A DNA stretch of 64,000 nucleotides, taken from NCBI GenBank assembly GCA_020636845.1, contig JACJXD010000006.1, positions 29,153 through 93,152 of the forward strand, read 5' to 3'. The position numbers and the translations under genes were made by a program. Source of the DNA: Bacteroidales bacterium (GTDB lineage: Bacteria > Bacteroidota > Bacteroidia > Bacteroidales > Tenuifilaceae). This document shows positions 1 to 10,816 of this stretch, piece by piece. The notes below the pieces were generated by a model that made no database searches, was not told where the DNA came from, and saw only the letters and a list, made by a program, of their open reading frames with translations. Positions within the stretch are counted from its first letter, which is position 1. Each line of letters starts with the position of its first letter.

Positions 1-1165
1 ACCGCTTTAAATTTTTTATCGTTCTGAATTCCACCGCCAAGTTTGTATATAATATCGCGTAGTGGTGTTCCCATAGGAACTTCAACAAGTCCGCCATGCT
101 TAATTTTTCCGGTAAGAGCAAAAACTTTTGTCCCTTTACTTTTTTCGGTGCCATACTTGTTGTACGATTCTGCTCCGTTAGCAATAATGTAAGGAACATT
201 GGCGTAGGTTTCTACATTGTTGATGTTTGAAGGTTTTCGCCATAGCCCTTGTTCTGCCGGAAATGGGGGACGTTTGGAAGGCATTCCGCGTTTTCCCTCG
301 ATAGATGCCATTAGGGCGGTTTCTTCACCGCAAACAAAAGCTCCGGCACCTTCTTTTATATTGATGTTGAGGTTGAAACCATCGATTCCCATTATGTTTT
401 TGCCTAAATACTCATGTTCTCTGGCTTGGGAAAGCGCTATGTTTAATCGTTTTATGGCCAAAGGGTACTCTGCTCTACAGTAAATTATCCCATTGGTGGC
501 ACCTATAGCGTATGCGCCGATTATCATTCCTTCTATTACTGCATGGGGATCACCTTCGAGCAATGAACGATCCATAAATGCTCCGGGATCACCTTCGTCG
601 GCATTGCAAATAATGTATTTTTCGTCAGCTTTATTTGAGTATGCAAAGCGCCACTTTAATCCGGTAGGGAAACCGCCTCCTCCACGGCCACGTAATCCCG
701 AATCGATTATTGTTTGGATAATTGTTTCGGGCTGCATCTTTTCGTTAACAATTTTGCGTAAAGCTTGGTAACCATTGCGACTTTCGTACTCATGTATATT
801 TTCAGGATCGATATATCCGCAATTGCGAAGGGCAATTTTTACTTGACCGTCGAAAAATGAGTTGTCGGGCGTTTTGAATAAATCGGTTTTTACCACGTAA
901 TCCTTAATCGGATTATGCCCGATTATGTGTTGCTGAACAATTTCCAACGCTTTATCTTCATTTACATCTCCATATATCATTGAGCCGTTTTCGTCAACCA
1001 CCTCTACAAGCGGTTCTCGAAAACACATACCTATACAGCTGGTTTTAGCTAGTTCGAAGTTGAGGTTTTCGGCGTCTTTTATGGCTTTTAGCTTGTTGTA
1101 AACTTTATTTGCGCCGGCGGCTATTCCGCAACTTCCTAAGCCAACAATTACCTTAGTTTGTGCCA
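1..1165 (-). CDS. NuoF/HndC-like NAD(H)-binding FMN flavoprotein subunit (hydrogenase or complex-I-type diaphorase); 3' end cut by window edge
   Basis: Not in the ORF track because it runs off the window. My translation of the minus strand from the ATG at 1165 gives MAQTKVIVGLGSCGIAAGANKVY..CIGMCFREPLVEV (thioredoxin-like 2Fe-2S N-domain). It also gives GLRGRGGGGFPTGLKW, ICNADEGDPGAFMDR and GAGAFVCGEETALMASIEG, hallmarks of the 51-kDa NuoF family. Confidence 0.85.
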
Positions 1166-1212
1166 TTTTTGTGAGTTTGTCAGTAGGGTAAATATTTAGT
1201 AACGGTTAACGC

Positions 1213-1740
1213 TTACTTGTTTTCTTTTTCTTTGATTTTAATTTCCTTGATGATTTTAACGGCAGAACTACCGGTTAATTTTCCATAGCTTTCTTCGTCA
1301 ATCATCATTACGGGAGCTAACGAGCAGCAGCCAAGGCAGGCAACTGTTTCCAAGGTAAAAAGTTTATCGGGAGTGGTTTCTCCGTCCGATACGCCAAGGG
1401 CATCTTTTATGGCTGTAGATATAGCATCGGCTCCTTGAACGTGACATGCCGTTCCATGGCATACTTTAACAATATGCTTTCCAACCGGCGAGAGTCTGAA
1501 TTGCGCATAAAAAGTGGCAACTCCGTACATATCGCTAAGTTTGAGTCCTGTTTTTGCAGAAAGTAATTCAAATGCAGAACGCGGTATGTATCCGTAAATT
1601 GATTGAACTCCTTGAAGTAAGGGGATTAAGTTGCCTTTTTTCCCTTTGTACTTTTCAATTAACGGTTCAATTAGTTTAAGGTCAACATTGTCCGCTATTT
1701 TCTTGTTCTCAGTTTCTGTAAGTAGTCGTTGTACTCGCAT
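1213..1740 (-). CDS. NuoE/HndA-like thioredoxin-like 2Fe-2S ferredoxin subunit
   Basis: 175 aa. The CHGTACHVQG ... CLGCCSLAP cysteine pattern matches the 24-kDa NuoE family. It lies 47 bp upstream of the NuoF-like gene in the same orientation. Confidence 0.85.
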   Translation of the reverse strand: MRVQRLLTETENKKIADNVDLKLIEPLIEKYKGKKGNLIPLLQGVQSIYGYIPRSAFELLSAKTGLKLSDMYGVATFYAQFRLSPVGKHIVKVCHGTACHVQGADAISTAIKDALGVSDGETTPDKLFTLETVACLGCCSLAPVMMIDEESYGKLTGSSAVKIIKEIKIKEKENK

Positions 1741-2012
1741 TTACATTTTTGTTTAAGAAATTTGAAAATCGGATTATATTCTGTGTTTGTTTTTCTTGTA
1801 CTACTTTACAAAAAAAGCATTTTTTTTGGCTGAACTAGTAGAAGGTAAAAAAAACTTACCAACATTTATTTGTTCTTCTGTTAATTAAGAGACCTACTAA
1901 AGCAACAAAGCATGCTGGATAATTGTAACTCTATTGGAGCCATTATCACATGCATGCCTTGTTAAATCACGATAACTCGCTTGTGTGTAAAAACTAAGTT
2001 AGCGATGGATTG

Positions 2013-3380
<1,368 letters not shown>

Positions 3381-3597
3381 TTAGTTAGATTGGTAAGAAA
3401 TATTAATGCTCAATTTATTGGATAAAAACATTAGTTCAAATACAACACGTTAAAAAACAGTTTATTACTTAAGTGCGAACTAAGTGTTTTACGGATATGT
3501 TTTAGGTGATTTGCGTAAAATGGTAAAACCCCTTGACAAGAGTTTTAATAATTCGTTATCTTAACAAATATTAGGTAATTACTATATTTTATCGAGC

Positions 3598-6500
3598 ATG
3601 GATAAGTCCAAAACAAATGCCGAGGATTACTATCGGTTGATGGCTCAAACTAAAGAGCGACTTAAGGAACTTTCGGCCATAAATCGTACTGTTTCTATCA
3701 TTAAGGAGGCAAAACCCATAGCGGATACGTTGCACCAGTTTTGTATGATTTTGCCCGATGCGTGGCAATACCCTGAATATACCGTTGCAAGGGTAAAGTA
3801 TGCCCAGTACGAGTTTACCTCGCCCGGATTTAAGGAAACTCCATGGTGTCAGCGCGAAGGGTTCGAATCGATTGATGGATTTTTTGGAGCGATTGAGATA
3901 TTTTACACACGGGAGGTTCACGAAGAAGATGAAGGCCCTTTTCTAAAGGAAGAGCGAGACTTAATAAAAAATTTGGCCAATATTATTCTTGGTTACATTA
4001 ACAGCGTTAAGGGGCAGGAAGTAGTTAAAACCAAGCCTAAGGTTTTGCCAAAGGTTTCCGAAAGTCAAAGTAAACGGCTGCTTCAGCGTTTTATAAATCA
4101 GCACAATGCCGATAGGGATATTTACCACGATTTGATGCCGTTTAAGGTTCATGAAATACTTTTAATTTCAACTTTATACGATGCGTATAGCATTGAAAGG
4201 GAAGATCGGCTAACCGATAATATTTTGGGCGAGTATGCCAAGTTAAGTTTATCGAGTGTTCCCCGAATAACCGGGGTTTCCAGTCTTAATGAGGCGTTAG
4301 AAAAGTTGCAGGAAAAATATTTTAACCTTATAATAATTATGATGGGAGCCGACACGGTTACGCCGCTTAAAATGGCTCGCAGAATTAAGGGGGAGTTTAA
4401 GCATATTCCGTTATACCTGTTGGTTAATAACAGCATTATAATTAATAAGATAGAAAAAACTCCGCTGGCGGCGGAGGGTATCGATAAGGTTTTTGTGTGG
4501 AACGGAGAACCCAAAATTTTCTTTTCCATGATTAAGCTGTTGGAGGATAGGGTTAATATTGAAAATGATACGCGCATAGCGCTTACCCGGGCCATTTTAT
4601 TGGTCGAGGATTCTCCTAAATATTATTCTCGGTATCTTCCTTTACTGTATGGTAGCGTTTTAGACCAAACCAAGCGTATTCTGGAGGATGTTAGTACGGA
4701 CGATTTGTATAAAGTCTTGAGGATTCGCGTTCGCCCAAAAGTGCTGTTGGCAAGTAATTACGAGGAGGCGTTGGAGTTATATCAACGGTATAAGCAATTT
4801 ATGCTTTGCCTTATTTCGGATGTTAAGTTTTTTAAAAAGGGCAAAATGTTCGACGATGCCGGAGTTCAGTTGGTTGAGCATGTTAGAAAAGAGACTCCGA
4901 ATTTGCCTGTGATTTTACAGTCGTACGAGACTGCTAATGCTGAAGTAGCAAAAAAGTTAAATGTGGCTTTTATCGATAAAAATTCAGAGAGTTTAATGCA
5001 GGAAATTAAAAATTTTCTGAATAATTACTTAGGCTTTGGAGATTTCGTGTTTCGCGATGAAGTTGGAAACCCTATTACGGTAGCATCGAATTTGGAAGAG
5101 TTTGAAAAGGCGTTGCGCATTATTCCCGATGAAAGTTTGCTTTACCATGCGCAAAAAAATCACTTTTCCATGTGGCTGTCTGCAAGAGGCGAAATTCAGG
5201 TAGCCCGTATAATTCATCCCTCAACAATCGATGATTTTACCGGGCCTTCGGAGATTCGTGAATATCTTTTAACTACGTTAAAAAAGTACAGGCAGGAAAA
5301 GCGAAGGGGCAAAATTGTTGGATTCGAAAGCAACTGGGAGGTTGACGAGAGCAACATTGTTAGTTTATCCGATGGGTCTATTGGAGGAAAGGGTAGGGGT
5401 TTGGCCTTTATTAATACGTTACTTTACACTTTCGATATTTCGCAGTTTATTCCTAATATAAACTTACGCACTCCGCGCACTTCCATAATTGGTTCCAACG
5501 AGTACGAGTGTTTCATGGCACGAAACGATCTTTACGATAAGGTTATTAATTCAAAGTCGTACGTTGATGTTGAAAAGTTATTCTTGGCTGCCGATCTTTC
5601 GGAACAGTTGGTTTTTCGCTTGGAACGGTTGTTGGAAATATACACGCGCCCATTGGCCGTGCGATCTTCGGGAATGTTAGAAGATTCCATACTTCAACCT
5701 TTTGCTGGGGTTTTCGAAACTTACATAATTCCTAATTCGCATCCCGATAAAAAAGTGAGGCTTTTGCAGTTGATAAATGCCATAAAAATGGTTTACGCTT
5801 CGGTTTTTTCCACAACTGCGCGAACATACGTGAAAGCCTTAAATCTTAAAATTGAAGATGAGAAAATGGCTGTAATTATTCAGGAAGTTGTGGGAAGCAA
5901 GTATGGAAATTATTACTATCCTCATATTAGCGGAGTAGCACAGTCGTATAATTACTATCCATTTGGGCATATTAATCCCGAAGATGGCTTTGCTAACTTA
6001 GCTATTGGATTGGGTAAGCATGTTGTAGAAGGAGGCCGCACGTATAGGTTTTGCCCAAAGTACCCGACTCTGATAAACTATACGTTACAGGACTTGATAA
6101 AAAATTCTCAGGTAGATTTTTTGGCGGTAGATTTGGCTAAGCATGATTATGATTTGCTTACCGGCGATGAAGCGGGGTTGGCTAGGCTCGATTTATACGA
6201 TGCAGAGCAGCATGGAAACTTAAAACATTGTGCTTCGGTTTACAGTGCCGAGAATTCGAATTTAGTTCCCGGTATCGGGCAGCCGGGGCCAAGAGTTGTA
6301 AACTTTGCCAATATTTTAAAGTATAACTATATTCCGTTGGCACAAACAATCGATACATTGTTGGATGTGGTTAAGGAAGCATTGGGGACGCCATGCGAAA
6401 TAGAATTTGCTGTTGATCTGAATAAGGGAAAGGACTATAAATCGACCTTTTTTCTGCTTCAAATTAAGCCTTTAATGGGAAATACCAAGGAGTATAATAT

Positions 6501-7035
6501 TGATGCAGAAAGCATTGATAGAGAAAAGGCTATTCTTGTTTCCAATAACAGTATGGGAAATGGGCTAATCGAAAATATTCAGGATGTTGTTTATATAAAA
6601 CGGGATATATTCAATAAGTCATATACTCAGGAAATGGCTGCAGAGGTTGACGGTTTAAATACTCTTTTATCGGAACAAGGATGCTCGTATATTTTGATAG
6701 GCCCGGGACGATGGGGTACTAGCGATAGATGGATTGGCATACCGGTAACGTGGTCGCAAATATCCAATGCGAAGGTAATTGTGGAAACCAGCTTCGAAGA
6801 TTTTCCTTTAGATGCTTCGTATGGTTCACATTTCTTTCACAATGTAATATCCATGAATGTTGGTTACTGTTCCGTTGGAAATTCCGATAAGTTCTCAACT
6901 ATTTCGTGGGAGGTTCTCGATGCCCTTCCTTCCGAAAACGAAACGGTATTTTTCCGTCATGTTCGATTCGAAAGTCCATTAACAGTAAAAATGGATGGAA
7001 CTCAGCGATTAATGGTTGTATCGCGTGAAAAATAG
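3598..7035 (+). CDS. Large multidomain signalling-type protein: GAF-like N-terminal region, two receiver-like modules, PPDK_N-type PEP/pyruvate-binding ATP-grasp domain
   Basis: 1145-aa single ORF. HEILLISTLYDAYSIE and AILLVEDSPKYYSRYLP look like receiver-domain first strands. SDGSIGGKGRGLAFIN, RSSGMLEDS and AVIIQEVVG match the nucleotide-binding half of PEP synthase/PPDK. I saw no phosphohistidine swivel motif and no PEP-utilising TIM barrel after it. Confidence 0.7.
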   Translation: MDKSKTNAEDYYRLMAQTKERLKELSAINRTVSIIKEAKPIADTLHQFCMILPDAWQYPEYTVARVKYAQYEFTSPGFKETPWCQREGFESIDGFFGAIEIFYTREVHEEDEGPFLKEERDLIKNLANIILGYINSVKGQEVVKTKPKVLPKVSESQSKRLLQRFINQHNADRDIYHDLMPFKVHEILLISTLYDAYSIEREDRLTDNILGEYAKLSLSSVPRITGVSSLNEALEKLQEKYFNLIIIMMGADTVTPLKMARRIKGEFKHIPLYLLVNNSIIINKIEKTPLAAEGIDKVFVWNGEPKIFFSMIKLLEDRVNIENDTRIALTRAILLVEDSPKYYSRYLPLLYGSVLDQTKRILEDVSTDDLYKVLRIRVRPKVLLASNYEEALELYQRYKQFMLCLISDVKFFKKGKMFDDAGVQLVEHVRKETPNLPVILQSYETANAEVAKKLNVAFIDKNSESLMQEIKNFLNNYLGFGDFVFRDEVGNPITVASNLEEFEKALRIIPDESLLYHAQKNHFSMWLSARGEIQVARIIHPSTIDDFTGPSEIREYLLTTLKKYRQEKRRGKIVGFESNWEVDESNIVSLSDGSIGGKGRGLAFINTLLYTFDISQFIPNINLRTPRTSIIGSNEYECFMARNDLYDKVINSKSYVDVEKLFLAADLSEQLVFRLERLLEIYTRPLAVRSSGMLEDSILQPFAGVFETYIIPNSHPDKKVRLLQLINAIKMVYASVFSTTARTYVKALNLKIEDEKMAVIIQEVVGSKYGNYYYPHISGVAQSYNYYPFGHINPEDGFANLAIGLGKHVVEGGRTYRFCPKYPTLINYTLQDLIKNSQVDFLAVDLAKHDYDLLTGDEAGLARLDLYDAEQHGNLKHCASVYSAENSNLVPGIGQPGPRVVNFANILKYNYIPLAQTIDTLLDVVKEALGTPCEIEFAVDLNKGKDYKSTFFLLQIKPLMGNTKEYNIDAESIDREKAILVSNNSMGNGLIENIQDVVYIKRDIFNKSYTQEMAAEVDGLNTLLSEQGCSYILIGPGRWGTSDRWIGIPVTWSQISNAKVIVETSFEDFPLDASYGSHFFHNVISMNVGYCSVGNSDKFSTISWEVLDALPSENETVFFRHVRFESPLTVKMDGTQRLMVVSREK

Positions 7036-7174
7036 TTTTTGCTTGTATGGCAATTTGTTTTTTGGTTTAGGTATAAATTTATTTGTAAAATTTAAGAGTT
7101 AAAACGAGTCGATAAGTTATAAATAGTATGTGTATTTTTTATATTTTCGTAATGCAAATCAAATTAAAAGAGAT

Positions 7175-7753
7175 ATGGATAAAAGTTTAAAGGGAACAGC
7201 TACCGAGCAAAACTTGTTAAAGGCATTTGCAGGAGAATCGCAAGCAAAAAATCGTTACACTTTCTTTTCTAAAGTAGCCCAAAAGGAAGGATATGAACAA
7301 ATTGCCGAGATATTTATGACTACCGCTTTGCAGGAAGAGCAACATGCCAAGCAATTCTTTAAATTTTTGGAAGGTGGTATGGTTGAAATAACCGCTTCGT
7401 ATCCTGCTGGAGTAATTGGGACTACGGCCGAAAATCTTAAAGCCGCAGCAATGGGCGAAAACGAAGAATGGTCTTCACTTTATCCTGAATTTGCTAAAGT
7501 TGCAGAGCAAGAAGGTTTTCCCAAAATTGCAACAGCTTTCAAATTAACGGCAACGGTCGAAAAGGAGCACGAGGAGCGTTACAAAAAGTTGTTGGAAAGA
7601 GTTGAGACCAATACTGTTTTTGAACGCGAAGAGGAAGTTGAATGGGTTTGCAGGAAGTGCGGGTACGTTCATAGAGGTAAAAAAGCGTTAAAAAATTGTC
7701 CGGTTTGTGGGCATCCTCAAGCATATTTCGAAGAGAAAAAAGAGAATTACTAA
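7175..7753 (+). CDS. rbr: Rubrerythrin
   Basis: [26 protein letters not shown] and EKEHEERY are di-iron four-helix motifs. A C-terminal rubredoxin-like CRKCG...CPVCG follows. I moved the start to Met16 (MDKSLKG) of the ORF listed at 7130. Confidence 0.9.
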   Translation: MDKSLKGTATEQNLLKAFAGESQAKNRYTFFSKVAQKEGYEQIAEIFMTTALQEEQHAKQFFKFLEGGMVEITASYPAGVIGTTAENLKAAAMGENEEWSSLYPEFAKVAEQEGFPKIATAFKLTATVEKEHEERYKKLLERVETNTVFEREEEVEWVCRKCGYVHRGKKALKNCPVCGHPQAYFEEKKENY

Positions 7754-7777
7754 ACAATCTTTTTTACTTACGTGTTA

Positions 7778-7810
7778 AACCGTTAGAGTTGCTCTAACGG
7801 TTTTTTATTT
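7778..7810 (+). terminator. Rho-independent terminator after rbr
   Basis: The 11-bp stem aaccgttagag/ctctaacggtt has a 3-nt loop and is followed by ttttttatttt. Confidence 0.8.
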
Positions 7811-7877
7811 TCAAGGTTTACATACGCTATAAATGTCTATTTTTTGTAACTTTCACCGAAAATACATACGAGAAGCC

Positions 7878-10697
7878 ATGAAAAAGAAAAGTGTTTATTT
7901 GCTGATACTTACTTTAGTATTGCTATTGGGAACCGAAATTGCCAATGCTCAGTTTAAAAAATGGGCTTTGGTAATGACAAAAGGAACGGGTTATACCAAT
8001 CAGGCTTGGCGAACTCGTTATGATTTTCCTGAAAAAGAGATAAAGGAACTTTGGGACGACGGATACGAAATTACAAACTTGTCGTATGGAATGAAACTTT
8101 GGTGTGTGGTTGGAACAAAGGGAACAACATATACTGCACAACGTTGGAAAACGTTAACCGATTTTCCAAAAGACGATATTAAAAAAGCATGGGACGACGG
8201 TTACTATATTACCGACCTGGTTTACGGGAATGGTAAATGGGCTGCGATATTTTCCAAAGGTTCTAAAATTACTCAACAAGCTTGGCGAACTCGTACCAAT
8301 TTTCCTGAAACGGAGATTAACGAGTTAACCGGCGAAGGTTATGCTATTACAAACCTTTGCTACGGGGAAGACCGTTGGGCATTGGTAATGTCGAAAGGTA
8401 CGGGAATGGACAAGCAGGTTTGGTTCGAAAGTAAAAGTTATCCTGACGAAAAAATCAAACAATACTGGGATGATGATTATTATATTACCGATATTACTTA
8501 CGGAAATGGAGAATGGGTTGTGGTAATGTCGAAAGGAACTGGATTTACAAAGCAGTCGTGGCGAACCAGAACGTATTACCCGGAAAAAGAAATTAAGGAA
8601 CTTTGGGACGATAGCCATTACATAACAACAATAGTAAGCGATTTCGATACTGCTCCAATTGATTTAAGTAGTTCCAATGTTGTAACTTCCAACATTAGTA
8701 ATAACCTTTCGCGTCGAAGGGGAAGTAGTTCGCTTAATCCTATGTACTTAAAAACGAATGACGATTTTTCTTTATTAAATATTAATTATACTGGAACAGA
8801 AAATAGTTGCATTAGCCGAGATGCTTATCTGGAGGATCCTAGTACAGGAACCCATTACAATTTGATAGGGGCAGTTGGAATCCCAATTTGTGAAACGGAT
8901 TACTATAAAAAAATCGAGAATTTTTCATTGATTTTCGATAAGGTTCCTTCTTCGGTTAAGGTATTGAATCTTGTGGAAACAGGTGCTTCCAATTCTTTTA
9001 ACTTGTATGGGATGAAAATAGATGGTAGTGTTGTTTCGCCTATGCCCACCACAGACAATAACCTGGCAAAAAGTGAACCTACCGGACTTCCACCAATCCT
9101 GTCGATAGAGGATATCGCCCTTTCTACAAATTCCATTAGCGCAACGGAAACGTCAACCCTATCGGTTACGCTGAAGAATGTGGGGCCGGGCGACGCCCGT
9201 GACGTTACGCTTAACTTAGAATCCAACTTAAAGGATTTACAGTTTGCCTCTTCTACGGAGTTCCCGGTAATTTCAGCAAATGGTGGGAAGCAGACAATTT
9301 CCGTTCCCATTACTGGAACGGTAGATTTGCCGGCTACCGTTGCGCAGCTTAAAATCGAGGTGCAGGAACCTCACTTCAAGGTTAAAATTCAGGGTAAGCA
9401 ATTGTCGGTTCCTACCCAGGAGTTTCAAAAGCCTGAGTTGCTGCTGGCCAAGTATGCCATGGTCGAAAATCAAAGTGCCAATCCCAACAACCAGATAGAT
9501 ATAAACGAGATGGTCGATTTGGTGTTTGCCGTTCAAAATGTTGGACTTGGCGATGCTAATAATGTTAACATTTCGGTCGATAATAACCAAAAGGGGGTTA
9601 TGTTTTTGGGCGTTGTAAACGGAAATCAGCTATTAAGGCAAAATCCGACGTTTGGCTCAATTCCTTCCGGGAAGTACGAAACGGTAACGTATAGGTACTT
9701 TATAAACAGCGAGTTTACCGACCCCGATTTGCAGTTTACCATTAATGCAAACGAGAAGGTCGGAAAGTTTGGATTTTCTCAGCCCAAGGAGTTTGCCATA
9801 AACACTAAGTTGTCCGAGGAAGGGTACATCCGGACGGTTGCCAGCAATAATGTACAGTCACCTGCAAACAAAGTGGTTATCGAGGATATTCCCGATTTTG
9901 TGGTTGACGTCGATACGAACATTCCAACGGCAAGTATGTCGAATAACAGCGCTTATGCGCTGATTGTTGGTAACGAGGACTACAGCTCGCGACAGGTCGG
10001 GTTAAGCAAGGAGCAGAATGTTGAGTTTGCCGTGAACGATGCGAACATGTTTGCTTTGTACTGCGAGAAAACGATAGGTATTCCCAAGCGGCAAATTAAG
10101 GTTTTATTGAATGCTACTGCTGCCGAAATATCGCAGGGTTTGGCTTGGCTTGCCAACTTGGCAAAAATCGAAAACGGTAATGCCGAACTTTACTTTTACT
10201 ACTCTGGTCATGGTTTACCCGATGAGCAAACCAAGGAGGCTTACTTGGTTCCGGTTGATGTAAGCGGTTCCAACCTAACGTATGCCATTAAGGTTGCCGA
10301 TGTTTATAAAACATTGTCCGAGCAGCCGACAAAAAGGGTAAATGTATTCTTGGATGCTTGTTTTAGCGGTGGCGGTCGTAACGAGGGGTTGGTTGCTGTA
10401 AAAGGCGTAAAGGTAAAGCCCAAAAACGCTCCCATTCCGAATAAAATGGTTGTGCTTACCTCGAGTACGGGCGACGAGAGTTCGGCTGTTTATAAGGAAA
10501 AGCAGCACGGCTACTTTACTTACTTCTTGTTGAAAAAGTTGCAGGAGACCAAGGGCGACGTTAACTACAACGACCTTAGTAGCTACATAATTCAGAACGT
10601 TCGTAAGGAGACCGGAATATCGGGGAAGATTCAAACTCCTCAGGTGTTGGTTAATCCGGATTCAGGTGAAAATTGGAAGGGGTGGACGCTTAAGTAG
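7878..10697 (+). CDS. Exported caspase-family (peptidase C14) protein with N-terminal tandem repeats and CARDB-like middle modules
   Basis: I moved the start to MKKKSVYLLILTLVLLLGTEIANAQ (signal peptide) inside ORF 7833-10697. Five ~47-aa repeats follow. LSVTLKNVGPGDARDVTLNL and VFAVQNVGLGDANNVNISV look CARDB-like. The caspase core shows YALIVGNEDYS, FYYSGHGLP (His codon 10209-10211) and VFLDACFSGGG (Cys codon 10359-10361). Confidence 0.8.
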   Translation: MKKKSVYLLILTLVLLLGTEIANAQFKKWALVMTKGTGYTNQAWRTRYDFPEKEIKELWDDGYEITNLSYGMKLWCVVGTKGTTYTAQRWKTLTDFPKDDIKKAWDDGYYITDLVYGNGKWAAIFSKGSKITQQAWRTRTNFPETEINELTGEGYAITNLCYGEDRWALVMSKGTGMDKQVWFESKSYPDEKIKQYWDDDYYITDITYGNGEWVVVMSKGTGFTKQSWRTRTYYPEKEIKELWDDSHYITTIVSDFDTAPIDLSSSNVVTSNISNNLSRRRGSSSLNPMYLKTNDDFSLLNINYTGTENSCISRDAYLEDPSTGTHYNLIGAVGIPICETDYYKKIENFSLIFDKVPSSVKVLNLVETGASNSFNLYGMKIDGSVVSPMPTTDNNLAKSEPTGLPPILSIEDIALSTNSISATETSTLSVTLKNVGPGDARDVTLNLESNLKDLQFASSTEFPVISANGGKQTISVPITGTVDLPATVAQLKIEVQEPHFKVKIQGKQLSVPTQEFQKPELLLAKYAMVENQSANPNNQIDINEMVDLVFAVQNVGLGDANNVNISVDNNQKGVMFLGVVNGNQLLRQNPTFGSIPSGKYETVTYRYFINSEFTDPDLQFTINANEKVGKFGFSQPKEFAINTKLSEEGYIRTVASNNVQSPANKVVIEDIPDFVVDVDTNIPTASMSNNSAYALIVGNEDYSSRQVGLSKEQNVEFAVNDANMFALYCEKTIGIPKRQIKVLLNATAAEISQGLAWLANLAKIENGNAELYFYYSGHGLPDEQTKEAYLVPVDVSGSNLTYAIKVADVYKTLSEQPTKRVNVFLDACFSGGGRNEGLVAVKGVKVKPKNAPIPNKMVVLTSSTGDESSAVYKEKQHGYFTYFLLKKLQETKGDVNYNDLSSYIIQNVRKETGISGKIQTPQVLVNPDSGENWKGWTLK
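7953..8646 (+). repeat. Five in-frame tandem ~141-bp (47-aa) coding repeats
   Basis: The units are WALVMTKGTGYTNQAWRTRYDFPEKEIKELWDDGYEITNLSYG, WCVVGTKGTTYTAQRWKTLTDFPKDDIKKAWDDGYYITDLVYG, WAAIFSKGSKITQQAWRTRTNFPETEINELTGEGYAITNLCYG, WALVMSKGTGMDKQVWFESKSYPDEKIKQYWDDDYYITDITYG and WVVVMSKGTGFTKQSWRTRTYYPEKEIKELWDDSHYITTIV. Confidence 0.9.
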
Positions 10698-10785
10698 GGT
10701 TGTTTAAGTGGGCGACATCTGTCCTTTTAATCGTTTAACGTTTCACGTGTCGTATGTTCAAGGCTGCTTCTGAATTTAGATTTAC

Positions 10786-10793
10786 TACCTTTG
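10786..10793 (+). promoter_or_regulatory. Candidate Bacteroidota -7 promoter box (TAnnTTTG) for mutS2
   Basis: tacctttg lies 24 nt upstream of the ATG at 10817. This is a motif match only. Confidence 0.4.
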
Positions 10794-10816
10794 CATAAAC
10801 TTATTTTTAATTACCT

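Noticed and set aside
217-771. Plus-strand ORFs 217-483 and 493-771.
   Set aside because: They are antisense to the clearly conserved NuoF-like coding sequence on the minus strand, and their translations are low-complexity with no motifs.
4149-4595. Other antisense or embedded ORFs in the track (for example 4149-4595, 8903-9590, 10275-10634, 11327-11746, 33176-33746, 36337-36690, 39821-40162, 52458-53081, 57320-57694, 60605-61363).
   Set aside because: Each lies wholly inside a well-supported conserved gene on the other strand or in another frame, and each gives a compositionally odd translation without motifs.
3598-7035. Calling the 1145-aa protein phosphoenolpyruvate synthase or pyruvate,phosphate dikinase.
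   Set aside because: Only the N-terminal ATP-grasp half of those enzymes is recognisable. The phosphohistidine swivel and PEP/pyruvate TIM-barrel domains are not seen, and about 580 aa of sensor and receiver-like sequence precede it.
7130-7174. N-terminal extensions given by the longest-ORF rule (7130 for rbr, 7833 for the caspase gene, 52333 for coaBC, 56257 for fabI, 47278 for the DUF364-like gene, 24823 for the AraC gene).
   Set aside because: In each case an internal Met begins the conserved family N-terminus or the signal peptide. The extension also overlaps an upstream gene, terminator or promoter-like sequence.
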